NCBI GenBank assembly: GCA_015680685.1
Contig: MNCI01003312.1
Location: 107,160 to 171,159 of the forward strand
From: Gnetum montanum
Taxonomy: Eukaryota; Plantae; Gnetophyta
Direction: 5' to 3'
DNA: 64,000 bases
The notes beneath the pieces are model-generated. The model saw only the letters and a program-made list of their open reading frames with translations, ran no database searches and was not told where the DNA came from. Below are positions 50,600 through 64,000 of this stretch, one piece after another. Both the position numbers and the translations under genes were made by a program. Every line of letters starts with the position of its first letter. The first letter of the stretch is position 1.

Positions 50600-52755
50600 T
50601 GTTAAAAAATTGCTTATTGATGCTCCCATGACATAGAGCTTATATAGGGAAACTCATAGATTAGAAAATAAGAGAAATCAAATAATTTGGAAAGAAGTTA
50701 TGACTACTAGAAGCTTATGGGATTTGAAAATAGCAAAAAATCCTCTTTTTTTGGAAAAAAATATGAAAAAAGTGGCTAAGTGTCATGCATATATATAGTA
50801 TTTTTATATTGTGTTGATGGAATACATCAATGCATCTAAGTATATCAATGGGGGATGCATTGTTGTGGTCATTAGCAAAAATCTTCACTTGAAATACTAA
50901 GGGATTTTTAAGAACAATAAAGCAAATTGAGGGTCAAATTGAAGCAAAAAAAGATGTTCTAAAGATGCAAATAATAAACATGAGATTTCAAGTAAGCATG
51001 TTGATAGATAGAAGCCCATAATTAAGGTTGGGATGTCATGTTTCCAAGTTAGAAAAATAAGCAAAGTTAGATGATTCATATCATTAGGATTATAGCTAGG
51101 TGAATCTAGGCATGTGGTGATAGATTATAACTTGGATGTCCAAGAGATATGCAAGTAGATTCTTTCAAAAGTAGGTCCATGCCTTAAATGCCCTTGGATA
51201 ACTATGTTACAATGTGTTCTTAGGAACTTTAGAAATTTAAAGTTGATCCAAGTTAGAAACCATACCCACGCATCCATAAACATCAGGCCCTTGCACTACA
51301 CTAAATAAAACTCATTAGGTGGACCATGGTACGTAGAAGTGAGATGAATAATGGAAATGAGAAGGGATTATAAGAATAATAATGTGAGATACCTTACCAT
51401 ATTAATAATAGATTCTTGCTAATTAAGTGGTTAAAGTGATCTGTATACCTTACCATCCACGTTTTAAACCAAGTCCATCTTGGTACTAATGGCCTTGCAT
51501 TGTCTTACCTCTAAAATGACAACATTGAGATCATTACAATCATGAAAGAAAACCATCTCAATAAGAAAGAAATAAAGAAGCAATTATAGTTTCCAATATG
51601 GTGGAAGAAATTTGGGCCTTTGTTAGATAAGTGCCTCCAGACATGGATGACATGTCTTTCTATCCTCATAACCAATGCTTGTTTCCTAAGAGATATTAAA
51701 AGATGTGTGTTTTTGTTCTTAAAAGAATCGCTAAGGAAGCTTTCAAATCTACATTGAATTATAGCTCACAACTTGGTTCCATGAGGAACACAAATATGCA
51801 AAATAGAAAACCCTAGAAAAAGAATGAAACTTGTGGTAGGAATTGTTTTAAAAAGTGCTTATGAATTAATAAAAAAATTTGCTTAATCTAGCTAAGGTTC
51901 TGAGATCAATCCTCAACCTTGGAAATTTTACTATTATAAAGCTTAAAGACCATTTAACAATTAAGTATATTTATGGGCTCATTGCTTCAAGCTTCATTTT
52001 ATTGGTTTGTAAAATAATATTTTGATTTTTGCTATTTTGGTTCTACAACACATCCCTTTTGCCACACTGAATTCAAGATAATTAGGCTAAAAATCAAAAA
52101 TGATTATACCGTAATAAGGTTTTCGGAAAATAACTTGTAGGATTATAATCTAATTTAAACGATTGCCTCATCAAACAATGCATTCAAGCTTATGTATTAA
52201 GGTAATTTATGAAGCACCAAATCGATGAAAATATGTTTTAAATGTGGAGTTCATAGAAAAAAATTGGTTCTATGAAACAAGCTCAAATCTAGTTTTGCCA
52301 TGTTTGCTTACGAAATGTTAACATTTACATGGATGCTTAAATACAAAAGGCTTAGAGCTCTATTCTACAAAATTTTAAGTAAAAGAACATTGATCCACAT
52401 AATCATGAGTTACATTAGTAAAGCCTCACAGCATAAAAATTTGGCTCTACAAAGAGAAGTAAGAATTAGTTTTACAAAGGTGGCTCATGTCATTAGCTAC
52501 ATTAGATTCAAAGAGGAAAAACTTTGTGAAATCAAAATTTAGTTCTATTAGAAATCACAAAAATGGCTCTACAAACCATGTCAGCTTAGTGAATTGATAA
52601 GCTTGAAGAACCAAAAATAGGTTCTACAAATAAGCTTCAAATTAGTTTTGACATGTCAACTAGCTGCAGGCTTAAAATCAACTTTACATTATTGCAAACC
52701 TTATCAATGAAGATTTGAATAACCAAAATTTAGTTTTATAGGGGAATGCCAATTC
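50600..52755 (-). mobile_element. Old Athila-like internal non-coding remnant (host of later insertions, continues 58675-58943)
   Basis: Shares blocks with the other elements: ATGCCCTTGGATAAC near 51188, GTGAGATGAATAATGGAAATGAGAAGGGATTA near 51339, CATGGATGACATGTCTTT near 51642. Confidence 0.6.
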
Positions 52756-52760
52756 AATTC

Positions 52761-55700
52761 TGATGAGTGGCGAGGTACCCCTACACTCAACCATATGAAT
52801 ACGAGCGTTTCATGCACGATCTAGCCAAACTCCGTAAACGGGCTAGTTGTGGTATCTAGACAGTTACTCGTAGATCGTAGTTCGCTACCTTCCCACCTGG
52901 ACTAGTATTAGCTTTGTCACATATGGTTTAGTCTAGAGTGAGGTCTATGATGTGTTCCTATACTAATGCTACTCCTAGGACTAATGGTAAATAATATTGA
53001 CTATACTAGGAGAGAGAGTGTGTGAGAGAGAATCTAAGCTAGCCTAAGTGCGATGAGCATTCGTTCCTTAATCATCCGTACACATCTTGGACCTCATGCA
53101 TGACTATTACTGGGATTACTAAGTGTAGATCCTAGGTACGCTATTGGGTTACCAAGTAGTCACACTTAAATGCTCGTGATCAAGTCGTACTCATTCTGCA
53201 TTTAATAGGAGTTTAGGGTAAAGAGATGTTAACTAGGAAAGCAATAAATAACAATAAAAATTAAATAATTAAACTAAGTGAATGCTGCAATGATGAAGTA
53301 ATCTCAATCTTTACTACCGATCATGTGCGTGTCCAAGTACGTCACACTCGAATAAGGATGCTGTACAATTACAATTACCACACTGTGGGCATGCACTGGG
53401 AGGAAAGGGTTGAGAGGAATCTAAACTTAAAAACTTACAATAAAATCTAAAGACTAATGCTAAAACCAAGTGTGCCACCTTTTATTTATAGGCTCACACG
53501 GGAACCGCGATATCGTGTACGCGATATCACATGTAGGCCACGATATCGCGTACGCAATATTAGGGGTTCGATAACAGGGGTCCGATATTGGGACCTAGCA
53601 TCTTGTATGAGGGCTCCGATAACAAGGCTCTGATAATTGGGCTTGATAGACCATGACTCATCCAGACCATTACTCATCATACCCCCATGACTGAATAACA
53701 ACTTATCCTCGAGTCAAAGAAAGTGAGGAACAAGTTCAATTGATTACACAGTGGATAGGTATGGGATTATTGACTGACTAGGAATTTATTCATGCCACAA
53801 TGGAGGATTAAATAAAATTTGGACACAGACACAAAAGACAAAACTTGTGGAACTCATGGGGTTCCCGGTAGTGGTGGCTCCTCCATGGGTGCCTTTCCTT
53901 TGTTTTGCGCTCCAGGCTTCTAAGATTGATACTGTTGAAGAAGTGCCTACAGTTTCTCCTCTTCTATCCATAGATTATGAGCTTTCCATGCTGATGTTCC
54001 AATGTTTGATCTAGTTGGCACTTTCCATGGACACGGTAGCTATGGGAACACTTGATTGGCCTTGACATGTCATGTCGCAAACAGTCATCATTCCTCTTCA
54101 TAAGCTTGGGCCCTGACTTCTCCAATTTTTTCTTGGATAAATTATGCAGTAATAGGAGTTCCATGATGGATGTTGAGTGATTGTGCCTCCTGCTCTGCAT
54201 GTTCTACATGAAGTCCTTGACATCTGCCTTCCCTTGGTCGTTCAGTTGCACCTTGAGAAGGTCCTCCTTGTTGTCTTCTTTTAGGGGTCATCTATAATCA
54301 CACAAAGATCAATTGTTAGTAAGGTTATTGAAAAAAGTTCAATGATTTCATACCTTACTCATTGTCTTTAATAAATTTTGATTTCTTTGCTTAGTGTGAT
54401 TTTAGAGTTAGCAATTTTTTCAAGGAAGTTGCCCTAAAAGTTTAATGTTGGACCTGGTTTGTTTAGGTGACACATAAAAGGACATGGTTTTGAGGAATGT
54501 TTGATAAAATGATAATAAAGGAAAGAATTGATTTGGCAATGAAGTACTCAGAGGGTATAAGATGATGTGGTGGTATGCAACAAGTACAAATTGCGAAAGT
54601 CACACAAGTGGATCCTCCCCAAAGCAGGTTCCAACCTATAATGCCCTTGCGTAACCACACCTTACAATGTCCGTAGGTACTAGAAGGGTTAAATGTAATC
54701 ATACCAATTTCACAAAACACACATATGTAAGTATCACCAGAATGAGGTAACAATTGTATGCTACATAAGACATGAGTTACAATTACATGAACAACGAGAT
54801 GAGACAAACTACAGAAGGGGTTATAGAGATTGGGACATGAGGTAACTAACCTAGGGCATAGTGAATCCTGTGTGTAAAGCATGATTAATGTGTCATTAAC
54901 CCATCGTTCCAAGATCAGGACCAAGTCTATTCCTCTGATCAGTGACATCGCATTGTTTCATCCCATGATAAGAAACTATGAGAGTACCAGAACAACAAGG
55001 CATATGATCACTTGGCATTTTGTTCAAGGGAGAAGTGATTTTTTCTTTGTGGCACTTTATTTTTTTTTCTTTTTTTTTCGATTGCTAAATCCAGAGAAGC
55101 TACCAACCTTCAGGCATGGGTGCATGTCTTTCCAGTGGGACCCCCTAGAACAGCATTGGAGTTTTAAGTGCCTTTTGATTACTCTTACTCCCATTTTGCA
55201 TTAGATCTACAAGGATCTTAGTACAACTATGTTGTGTGATAACTCTCATAGATGTCACCAATGAGAATCCACAAGTCCCCTTGATGTCACATCCTAATCA
55301 TTTCCTCTTGGTCCATCCTTCTTTATTCTAGGTACAATGAACACAAAATTAATTTTAAGTTTCAAGAATGTCAAGAATATCACTGTATCCTCGAATAGAG
55401 GCTGTTATTTGTAGAATGGATGAGTGGGTGTAATGGGCTCACTGTCCAAATAATTGATCGTTCGAGACTCGATAACATAGAACACACCTCAACCAACGAG
55501 CCACATGAGTGTTTTATTCATAGATGAGATTACTTATAAAAGATAAAAAGATAAAATAAGAAATTGATAAATGAAAAACTGGAAAACAAAAAATTGTAAA
55601 ATTGAAGAAAAATGAAAAAATAGTTATTAATCCTACTTGTCATTAAAATGGGGGATATCCCCCATAACTAAATAGTTGAGCATGGCGAGGATTAATAATT

Positions 55701-58669
55701 GAAAGATGAGGATCCTTGCATGTTGGAAGTATCGAGACTTGGTCATACTTACCCCATTGGGGTTCACACACTTGATTATAGTAAGTGTAGTGGGGCAATT
55801 TATAAGATGTGGTTCCTGGGTAACAAGTTGACCCACTATGATACTTGAGACCGTAAGATGGTATGCAAGGATTAGGATGTCACTCTCCATGGCTGTATTC
55901 ATTGGGCCATATGGTTGTTGGAGTGTTAATTGGTGGCCCTGATGAGGTGACATGAGGCATTTTGTTCGAAGAGAAGGATGCATCATAATGTTGGACTTGT
56001 GCCAAGTTGGAGAATGCAGTGGCCTTGGAACTGTGTTGTCCCTTCCTACGATCATGTCTAAAGAAGGGACGCTTTCGATGTTGAGGAGGCCTCTCACTGC
56101 TATTGGCAATAGTAGCACAAGTAACGTTTGTGGGTTGTTGCTGTGGTGCAGACACTTAAGGTACAATTGGTGGCAATGTAGAAGGAGAGAAAGGATGAGA
56201 ATGTTGAAATTTAGGAGAAGTGTAAGGTACACAAGGTGGTGGTTGTGTTGAATACATGGGCTGATAATATTGAGGAGAATGATAATGCGACGAGATAGAG
56301 TATGTTGACCTAGTTGGGAAAATAGGATGTTGGACTAGATAGGCATTTGGATTCGGATGATACGAAGGGTGTCTCCAGTTGAGGGATGGCTTCCCCCACG
56401 ATTGGGATTGTTGCCACTGTGATCGAACACAATATCTTTGTATGAACTCTAGGCGTAACGTGCTTCTCCAATGCTCATATAAATGTAACAAGATTGGGCA
56501 TTGGCCCTTGGGGTGATCATACAGGAAAATGTTGCATTCATATGTATGATTAGCAGTTGAGCTCTTATCTTCTTCATCCCTTCTTTCCGATTATCTAGTG
56601 ATACTTTTTCCTACTTCTCAGGTTGTCAAAACTCTATCTCTAATAATATCAATATATTCTCCACACTTTTTAGGCGTCCATTCCAACATCTTATTGATCT
56701 TTGCCTCAACTTCCGCTAATGATTATTGTACTAGCAAAGATGGTTCTTCCTCATTGAGATAGGTTGATTTCTTCTTTTTATGATCATGGACCTCTGTTAA
56801 GTTGAGATTTTGGTCTTGTTAATGTTTTTCAACACTCTCCCATCTAGCCATTTCTCCTTCTTCTTTTGCTACCTGCTTAATAAGCTCTTGGAATTGATGG
56901 GTTCGTAGTTCGTATAGTTGACCTTAGGCATACATCCCTAGGGTCTCTCTTGTTTCATCATGAAGCCCATCAATGATATGATACATTAGCCTTTCCTCAG
57001 AGAACTCATGGCCTGGATAGTTGTTTAACAATGCATAATATCTTTCTAAGGCCATGTCCAAGGGTTCATGTTGTGCTTGTTTCCACTCTTGGATTTGTTT
57101 CCTCAAGGTTGACACTCTTGCATAGGTTTTCGTTAAAAAGTTCTACCACTGTTGGCCAACATTGTATTGAATTTGGTTTTAACGATTTATACGATACTTT
57201 TGCTTGGCCAATGAGTGTCATAGGAAAGAGCTTGAGTTTTTGCCAACCATTATCAATATTGTTCCATGCATAGGCATTGTAGAAGGCTTGTAAATGTTGT
57301 TGCGGATCTAAGTCATAGCCTCCTAAAAAATAAGGAAAGTTGTTTAAATCGATCCTGGGTAGGTGGCTCTCTTTACGATGCCTACGGGAGATTCGAACAT
57401 CCTCTTGTATTTACGTTAGGCTTGTAGTGGCCAGTAGGGGTTCATCGTCATTGAGTAAGTTATGCTTTTGTGCGTTGGAATGATGTTGCCTTTGTTTATG
57501 TTTATAAGAAACCCCCACCTCGGATTGTGCACTCCAATCTTCATTGTCATATAATTTGTTGGTTCTCCAATGAATTGCAGCATTAGATGTGGCATTATTG
57601 TAGTCTTGTAGGAGAGGCATGGTTGTGCAATTGTGTGTGAATTTATATGTGACTTTTTATAATTATTTCTTCCTAAAAGATATATCATTGATTCCTGTAC
57701 AACGACCTTGTATGATATAACTAACCTAGATAACTAGCACCGTTCCCCGACAACGGTGCCAATGATGAGTGGCGAGGTACCCCTACGCTCAACCATATGA
57801 ATACGAGCGTTTCATGCACGATCCAGTTGAACTCCATAGATGGGCTAGTTGTGGTATCTAGACAGTTACTCGTAGATTGCAGTTCACTATCTTCCCACCT
57901 GGACTAGTATTAGCTTTGTCACATATGGTTTAGTCCAGAGTGAGGTGTATGATGTGTTCCTATACTAATGCTACTCCTAGGGCTAATGGTAAATAATATT
58001 GACTAAACTAGGAGAGGGAGAGAGAGAGGGAGAGAATCTAAGCTAGCCTAAGTGCAATGAGCATCCGTTCCTTAATCATCTGTACACATCTTGGACCTCA
58101 TGCATGACTACTACTGGGATTACCAAGTGTAGATCCTAGGTACACTACTAGGTTACCAAGTAGTCACACTTAAATGCTCGTGATCAAGTCGTACTCATTC
58201 CGCATTTAATAGGATTTTAGGGTAAAGAGATGTTAACTAGGAAAGCAATAAATAACAATAAAAATTAAATAATTAAACTAAGTGAATGCTGCAATGATGA
58301 AGTAATCTCAATCTTTACTGCCGGTCATGTGCGTGTCCAAGTACGTCACACTCGAATAAGGATGCCATACAATTACAATCACCACACTGTGGGCATGCAC
58401 TGGGAGGAAAGGGTTGAGAGGAATCTAAACTTAAAAACTTATAATAAAATCTAAAGACTAATGCTAAAGCCAAGTGTGCCGCCTTTTATTTATAGGCTCA
58501 CATGGGAACCGCGATATCGCGTACGCGATATCGCATGCAGGCCACGATATCGCGTATGCGATATCGAGGGTTCGATAATAGGGGTCCGATATCGGGACCT
58601 AGTATCTTGTATAAGGGCTCCGATAACTGGGCCTGACAGACCATGACTCATACAGACCATGACTCATCA
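52761..58669 (-). mobile_element. Complete non-autonomous gag-only Athila-like LTR element (family A, TR-GAG-like)
   Basis: LTRs 52761-53679 and 57763-58669, highly similar. TSD AATTC. PBS TGGCACCGTTGTCGGGGA (tRNA-Asp type) next to 57763; PPT CATGGGGGTA next to 53679. Decayed gag ~55700-57620; no pol. Confidence 0.95.
55700..57620 (-). pseudogene. Retrotransposon gag pseudogene
   Basis: STLRKQIQEWKQAQHEPLDMALERYYALLNNYPGHEFSEERLMYHIIDGL; LYDHPKGQCPILLHLYE; P/Q/H-rich C-terminus. Confidence 0.85.
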
Positions 58670-58943
58670 AATTCCATAAGTAAAACTCATATTATATGCC
58701 ATCTCAAATAAATAATTTAGGCTCAGTTTAAAGAACTAAAGAGTAAGTATGACAAGAAGAAATAGATAGAATTGATTCTATAAAGAAGAGCTTTTGTCAT
58801 TTGACATGTTAGATTTGAAAAGGAGAATCTTTGTAGAGTCAAAACATTAGTTCTATATGAAAACATCATAGTGATGGTCAGCTTGTAGAACCAAAAATTT
58901 GTTCTATAAGTGAACTTATTTTTGGTTCTACCTTGTTAGCTAG

Positions 58944-61900
58944 TGATGAAACATCATAAGATAAGTTGTGTCAACACATGCTTATCGACATAGCCTCATC
59001 AATGTATCCCCATCGATCCATGCTAGAGTGCATTCACACAAATACATCAGCACTTATGGAGTCATTACTTATATAAATGTGTGCACCCTTTGCATTTATA
59101 GCACCTTTTTATCATAGCGTTAGCCAAATTTTTTCAATTTCTCTATTGAAAAGTTAGAATATTTTTGTCTTAAGTGCTCATAGTATGGATATATAAGATT
59201 GTACAAAGTATTATTCAAGTGCCTATGTACTTGGACATGTTAGCATGATCGACAATAAAATTGAGATTTCTTACATCTATTGCAACACTTAAAATAGTTT
59301 ACTATTTCTTTTCAGTACTTTACTTTATATGCAATTTACTTCCATATTCTTAGTTAATTAATATGATTTAATCATAAGCATGTGAGTACGACCACTTTGA
59401 ACATAACATACTAACACTTGGTAATCTAGCAGTGTTGGTATAAGTTCAGGATGTGTATGGCAAGTGGAAATGGTTACTTCATGTGAGGATAGCTAACTTA
59501 AGAATTAGTTATTTAATTTAATTATAAAATCCTCATTTTAGTGTTAAGCAATTAAGAGAAAATATGATAAAATAATTATAAAAATATATATCTTATGCCT
59601 TAATCATACTTAACCATATGTATAGTTAGACACAAATATGGATTAAGAAGACAATGATTTGCTACTCCATGGTTCACTATTTAGAAATATCGACCACTTG
59701 GGAAACTAAGTCTACAAAATTTGACCAGATCACTAGTGAACACTTGTAATTCATATAGTTGGGCATAGGGGATACTCGTTGCTCATCATTAACACCATTT
59801 CCAGGGACTTAGTTTAGATAAGTGCACTAATTATTATCAACTAGTGATCTTTTATAAAATCATTGTAAGAAAAACACAATAAGAAATCATTCATAATAAC
59901 AATAATATTATTATTATCTCAAGGCACACTTAAGACACATTACTAAAATGGCTTCTGCTCATAGGAATGAATCTCCACTAAATAGGAACAAATCCAGTAG
60001 GCAACAAGAAAGGACACAGAGGACTATCGATGAGAAGTCTCAACAACTATAAGTCATGTATGCCCATCTAGATCCCTATTATTCAGACTTTACCTTTATT
60101 CTCCACTAGGATGAGTAGTTACATTGGAGAGATATGGATAGTAGCATTATATTACCTTCTGATTGATTCATTCTCACCATGCTCAAGGCCCAGCTCATGA
60201 GACTGGACATTGAAATAGCAAAGTCTGAGTATGAAATCATGGATCAAATCTCCAGGGACTACTAGCCTATAGAAGTGTATCTTTGGAAAGAAAAACACAT
60301 GGAGGTCCACTATAAAGCCTCCAAGGGCAAATAGATCCCACCACCATTTTTTCAATAATTGCATTAAGAGGGAGAGGATTTCTTTGCTAGGTAGTTTCAA
60401 TATACAAATTCTCCTCCTTTCTTTGAGGAGGAAATCTTTCATCAATTGTTGTAGTTAACCTTTTGAAACCTTAGTGAAAGAAAGATAGGATCTAAAGGTT
60501 AAAGAACCTTCAAAGATTAAGTCTTCTAGTCATTCATCCAAGGATAATAGAAATGATAAAGATAGGGAGAGGATCAAGATAAGGACCAAAAAAGAAGGAC
60601 TAAAAGGCATTGTTCTCCTAGTCCTTCACCTTCATCATCCTTCTCATCATTAAATTTTAACAAGAGGAGTTGTGGCAAAGATAAAGATAGAGGTGATTAA
60701 GATTGAGATAGAGATGATAGGAGGTCCCATCATGATGATAAGAACCAAGATGGGAGTCAACATAGAAAGGAACAAGAGCATCATCAAGAAAGGTGGCACA
60801 ATAGAACTCGCCATAGGAAGCATGGTCATAATAGGGACCACCATGGATGTGATGATGATGAAGAATCATTTTTGGCCAATAGAAACCTGTTGAATATTTT
60901 AGAAGTAGTCAGAGTCTCCACCAGGTATCAAAAGGATACTAGGATCAAAAGGTTGGATATGAACAATATCTTCAAATTTGAAGGAGGATATAGTATAGAT
61001 CTCAAGCATCATCTACAAGCTTTCCATGATGTCTGCAATTTACAAAACATTAAGAATGAGTGGTAGAAGATAAATTATTTCAAAGGACACTTATTAAAGA
61101 AGCAAAAAGTTGGTACTAGTCTCCAGAACTGAAATTCATTCACAGATGGAGTATAATGATGGAGCTATTTAATGACAAATACCAGATGTACTCTAGAGTA
61201 TCCAATTTGAGGAAACAAATCCAAGGATGAAAGCAAAGAAATAATGAGTCCTTGGATGTGTCTTTGGGAAGGTACTACTCCCTCTTGCACCAATGGCTAG
61301 GCCATGGATTCTCTCAAAGGGAGTAGCTTCGCCACATCATAGATGGGCTTCAAAATAAAACAGAGGAAACTCTTAAGATCTTTACTTAAGGAAGAATTTT
61401 TGAAATGCAACCTCATTAGATCCAAAGGCTAATTGAGAAGGTGAGAAAGGAAAAAGAGGAGTTGAAAAAATATGAAATTGCAGAGGAATATAACAGGGAT
61501 CCCTCCATCTGCAAGAGGGAGGCATGTTTCTATGACTTAGCGTAGGAAGCATCATGAAATGAAGTGGTGTAGAGAAAGACCTTACCAATACAAAAATATG
61601 TCACTAAAATATCATCTAAGCTAGATAAAATGTGGGCTCCTTAGATGAAAAGTTTTAAATTGCTCTTAAAATTATGGAACAGAAGGCAAAGTAGGGGAGT
61701 AGTGAACAAGATAAAAGGAGAAGGAAAGATACAGAAATGGATTATCATTAATAAAAAGGTAAGGTTGCAATAATCAATGAGGTTGCAAATTTAGAAATAG
61801 ATGACAATGGATGTAATATCTACCAATATGAACATCCCAAAGGATGTTGTCCTATGCTGTTGCATCTACAAGAATCTAGGATGTATGTCTTAAATCTAAA

Positions 61901-64000
61901 ATTTTCAAAAAGGTAAACACCCAAGAGATTTCCTTACCCATAAGGTAATTAGTGGAACATCACATCAACCTTAGGAGCAATCTTAGTCATGGCAAAATCC
62001 AAAGTCATGGAAAATGCCACCACTGTAGTAGTATTATCCATATCAGCTATTAGATCCCTATGGATATGATGTCCAACAACTTGTATCTCCACGTAGCTGT
62101 ACGAGCCACACTCCTTTCTCATATCATCACTACCCTCTTAAACGTTACTAAATGTTTACTCTGACAAATGAATCTCCTTCCACTTATCCTTCTCTATATC
62201 CATCACCTAACTATGCATTATCTAACACTACTCCCTTACCACCTGCTCCACCTATGTAAGAAGAAATTTTGCCATTGCCATAGCAAACAAATGCTATGAG
62301 GGTAGTTAATTTATAGCCAAATATCCATCTAAATGGTTCTGAATAGAAGCCTCAGAAGAGGGCTTTCTTTAGAATCAATAGTCCATAGAAATCCTCTTAG
62401 AGACTACTAGCTATTAACCCTGCTCCATCCACTTTTGAAACTACCCTCAAATCTGCTTCAAACCAAACCTCCTCTAATGTCCATATAATCATGTTGACCC
62501 ATGTAGTCACTGATTAGATAAAGGTAGGCCACCTTTCCAAGAAATGATTTGATCATGAGAGTCCCTTTATCTATTTGCAAATTGTAGAAAATGATCCATG
62601 CAAGGTTCTATTGGACTCAAGTTCTAGAGTGAATTTGATTTCATAAGAAATGTATAAGACTTGGAACTTGCTACCGCTAAAGAAATGTAACATTAGGCTA
62701 GAGCTTGCAGATTAGTCCATCACTATTCCTTTGGGATTAGTGGAGGACATTGTGACCATCATTTGTGGGTGGTCTTATCCAATATATTTCCTAGTGATCC
62801 ATGTGGATAATTGTAAGGGGGACTTCCCTATTATCATGGAAATGGCTTGGCTTAGCATAATTATTCCAAGTTGGGGATTTGAGTCCAAGGAAAATGAATT
62901 TGGAAAGATAAAGAAGAAGAGAGTTCCATGCATTGCATATAGTGACATAGGGTGCCATTGCATGCAAAGGATATGGGCCATGCAAATCACATCCATCATA
63001 GCATACAGTATGTATGGAAAAGCAGCTAATATTTAAAGGTGCCTAGATGTAGCAATCACAAAATATGAAGGTACCTAGTGGCTGACAACAGATATAAGAA
63101 TAGACTCAAAAATATGCATGAAACTAGCAAAAAGCCTCATAAGTGCTTACATTTATAGTATGAATAAAATAGAGTAGATCCATAGCCAACTTCCTCATGC
63201 ACAGATTGAGATGCATCAGGGAGAGTTGAGGATTCTAGATCACTTTAAGTAGCAGCCTCTTGAATTCAAAAGTTTACCAGCCAATCTAGAATACATTTTT
63301 CTTAACAATGGAAAACTAGTAATTATCAATGCCAACCTCGCTCAATCATAATAAATAAAATCACTAAAAGTAATAAAAAATTACCAACAATGTTTTTTTG
63401 GTCATATCATGAACTAACAAGGATAGATCCATAGATATGACAACATCAAATCTATAGAGACTCCTCCATCAAACCAAAAAGGCAACCGCAGAGGAAGTTG
63501 AATCCAAAGCTTAAGCAAGTTATTAAGGATAAAACTGAACAACTTGTTAAGGCAAGATTCATTTATCCCATTGCAAATAGTGAATGGGTTAGCCCACTCA
63601 TAATTGTACTAAAGAAAGATAGAAAATGAAGAGTCTAAATAGACTATAGATTGTTAAACATGGCAACTTTAAAAGATTATTTTCCATTACCATTTGTAGA
63701 CCAAGTGTTGGATACTATTACAGGGCATGGCTACTATAATTTTCTTGATGGTTATAGTGGCTATAACCAAATCTAAATAGTACTAAAGAATTATGTCAAA
63801 ACAACCTTCACAAGTTCCTAGGGAACTTTTGCATATAAAAATATGCCCTTTGGCATTTACAATGCTCCTACTACTTTCCAATGCTTGGTGCTTAGCGTTT
63901 TTCAGTAACAAATTAATAGTGGCATGGATGTCTTCATGGATGACTTCTCCACCTATGGCACCAACTTTGAACAAGCCTTTGATCATATGAAGTGCTAAAA
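58944..64000 (+). mobile_element. 5' part of a gag-pol-bearing Athila-like Ty3/gypsy element, decayed, running off the window
   Basis: 5' LTR 58944-59788 (TGATGA...CTCATCA); degenerate tRNA-Asp PBS 59789-59807; gag from 59948; protease KVLLDSSSRVNLI near 62602; RT motifs DYRLLN, KDYFPLPFVDQVLD, FLDGYSGYNQI, MPFGIYNAPTTFQ, FMDDF. Confidence 0.93.
59948..64000 (+). pseudogene. gag-pol pseudogene (gag, aspartic protease, RT)
   Basis: Motifs as for the element above, with many stops and frameshifts. Confidence 0.88.

Noticed and set aside
55633-56491. 199-aa and 111-aa ORFs as novel genes
   Set aside because: Frames of the low-complexity gag C-terminus inside an LTR element.

Overview
Land-plant nuclear DNA: AT-rich, CpG-depleted and dense in retroelements. 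It contains one intact host gene, a 22-exon importin-beta SAD2/importin-7-like gene on the minus strand (26495..37631, 1033 aa reconstructed by hand). The rest is nested, mostly decayed retroelements: several Athila-like Ty3/gypsy elements with tRNA-Asp-type PBS (one partial gag-pol copy, one RT-deleted copy with a long accessory ORF, two complete gag-only non-autonomous elements with TSDs, and solo LTRs); a Ty1/copia remnant; a 5'-truncated RTE LINE; a full-length L1-type LINE; and three tRNA-derived SINE families. Most notable: (1) the L1 LINE ORF2 continues past its zinc finger into an extra domain plus coiled coil resembling the accessory ORF of the Athila element in the same window; (2) a SINE family with 17-19 bp TSDs and a C-rich rather than poly(A) tail; (3) both solo LTRs sit inside SINE Pol III heads, one at nt +2 to +6; (4) the gag-only elements keep collinear non-coding blocks; (5) a SAD2 splice donor is tandemly duplicated. 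All family and domain assignments are from motif recognition by eye; no database search was run.
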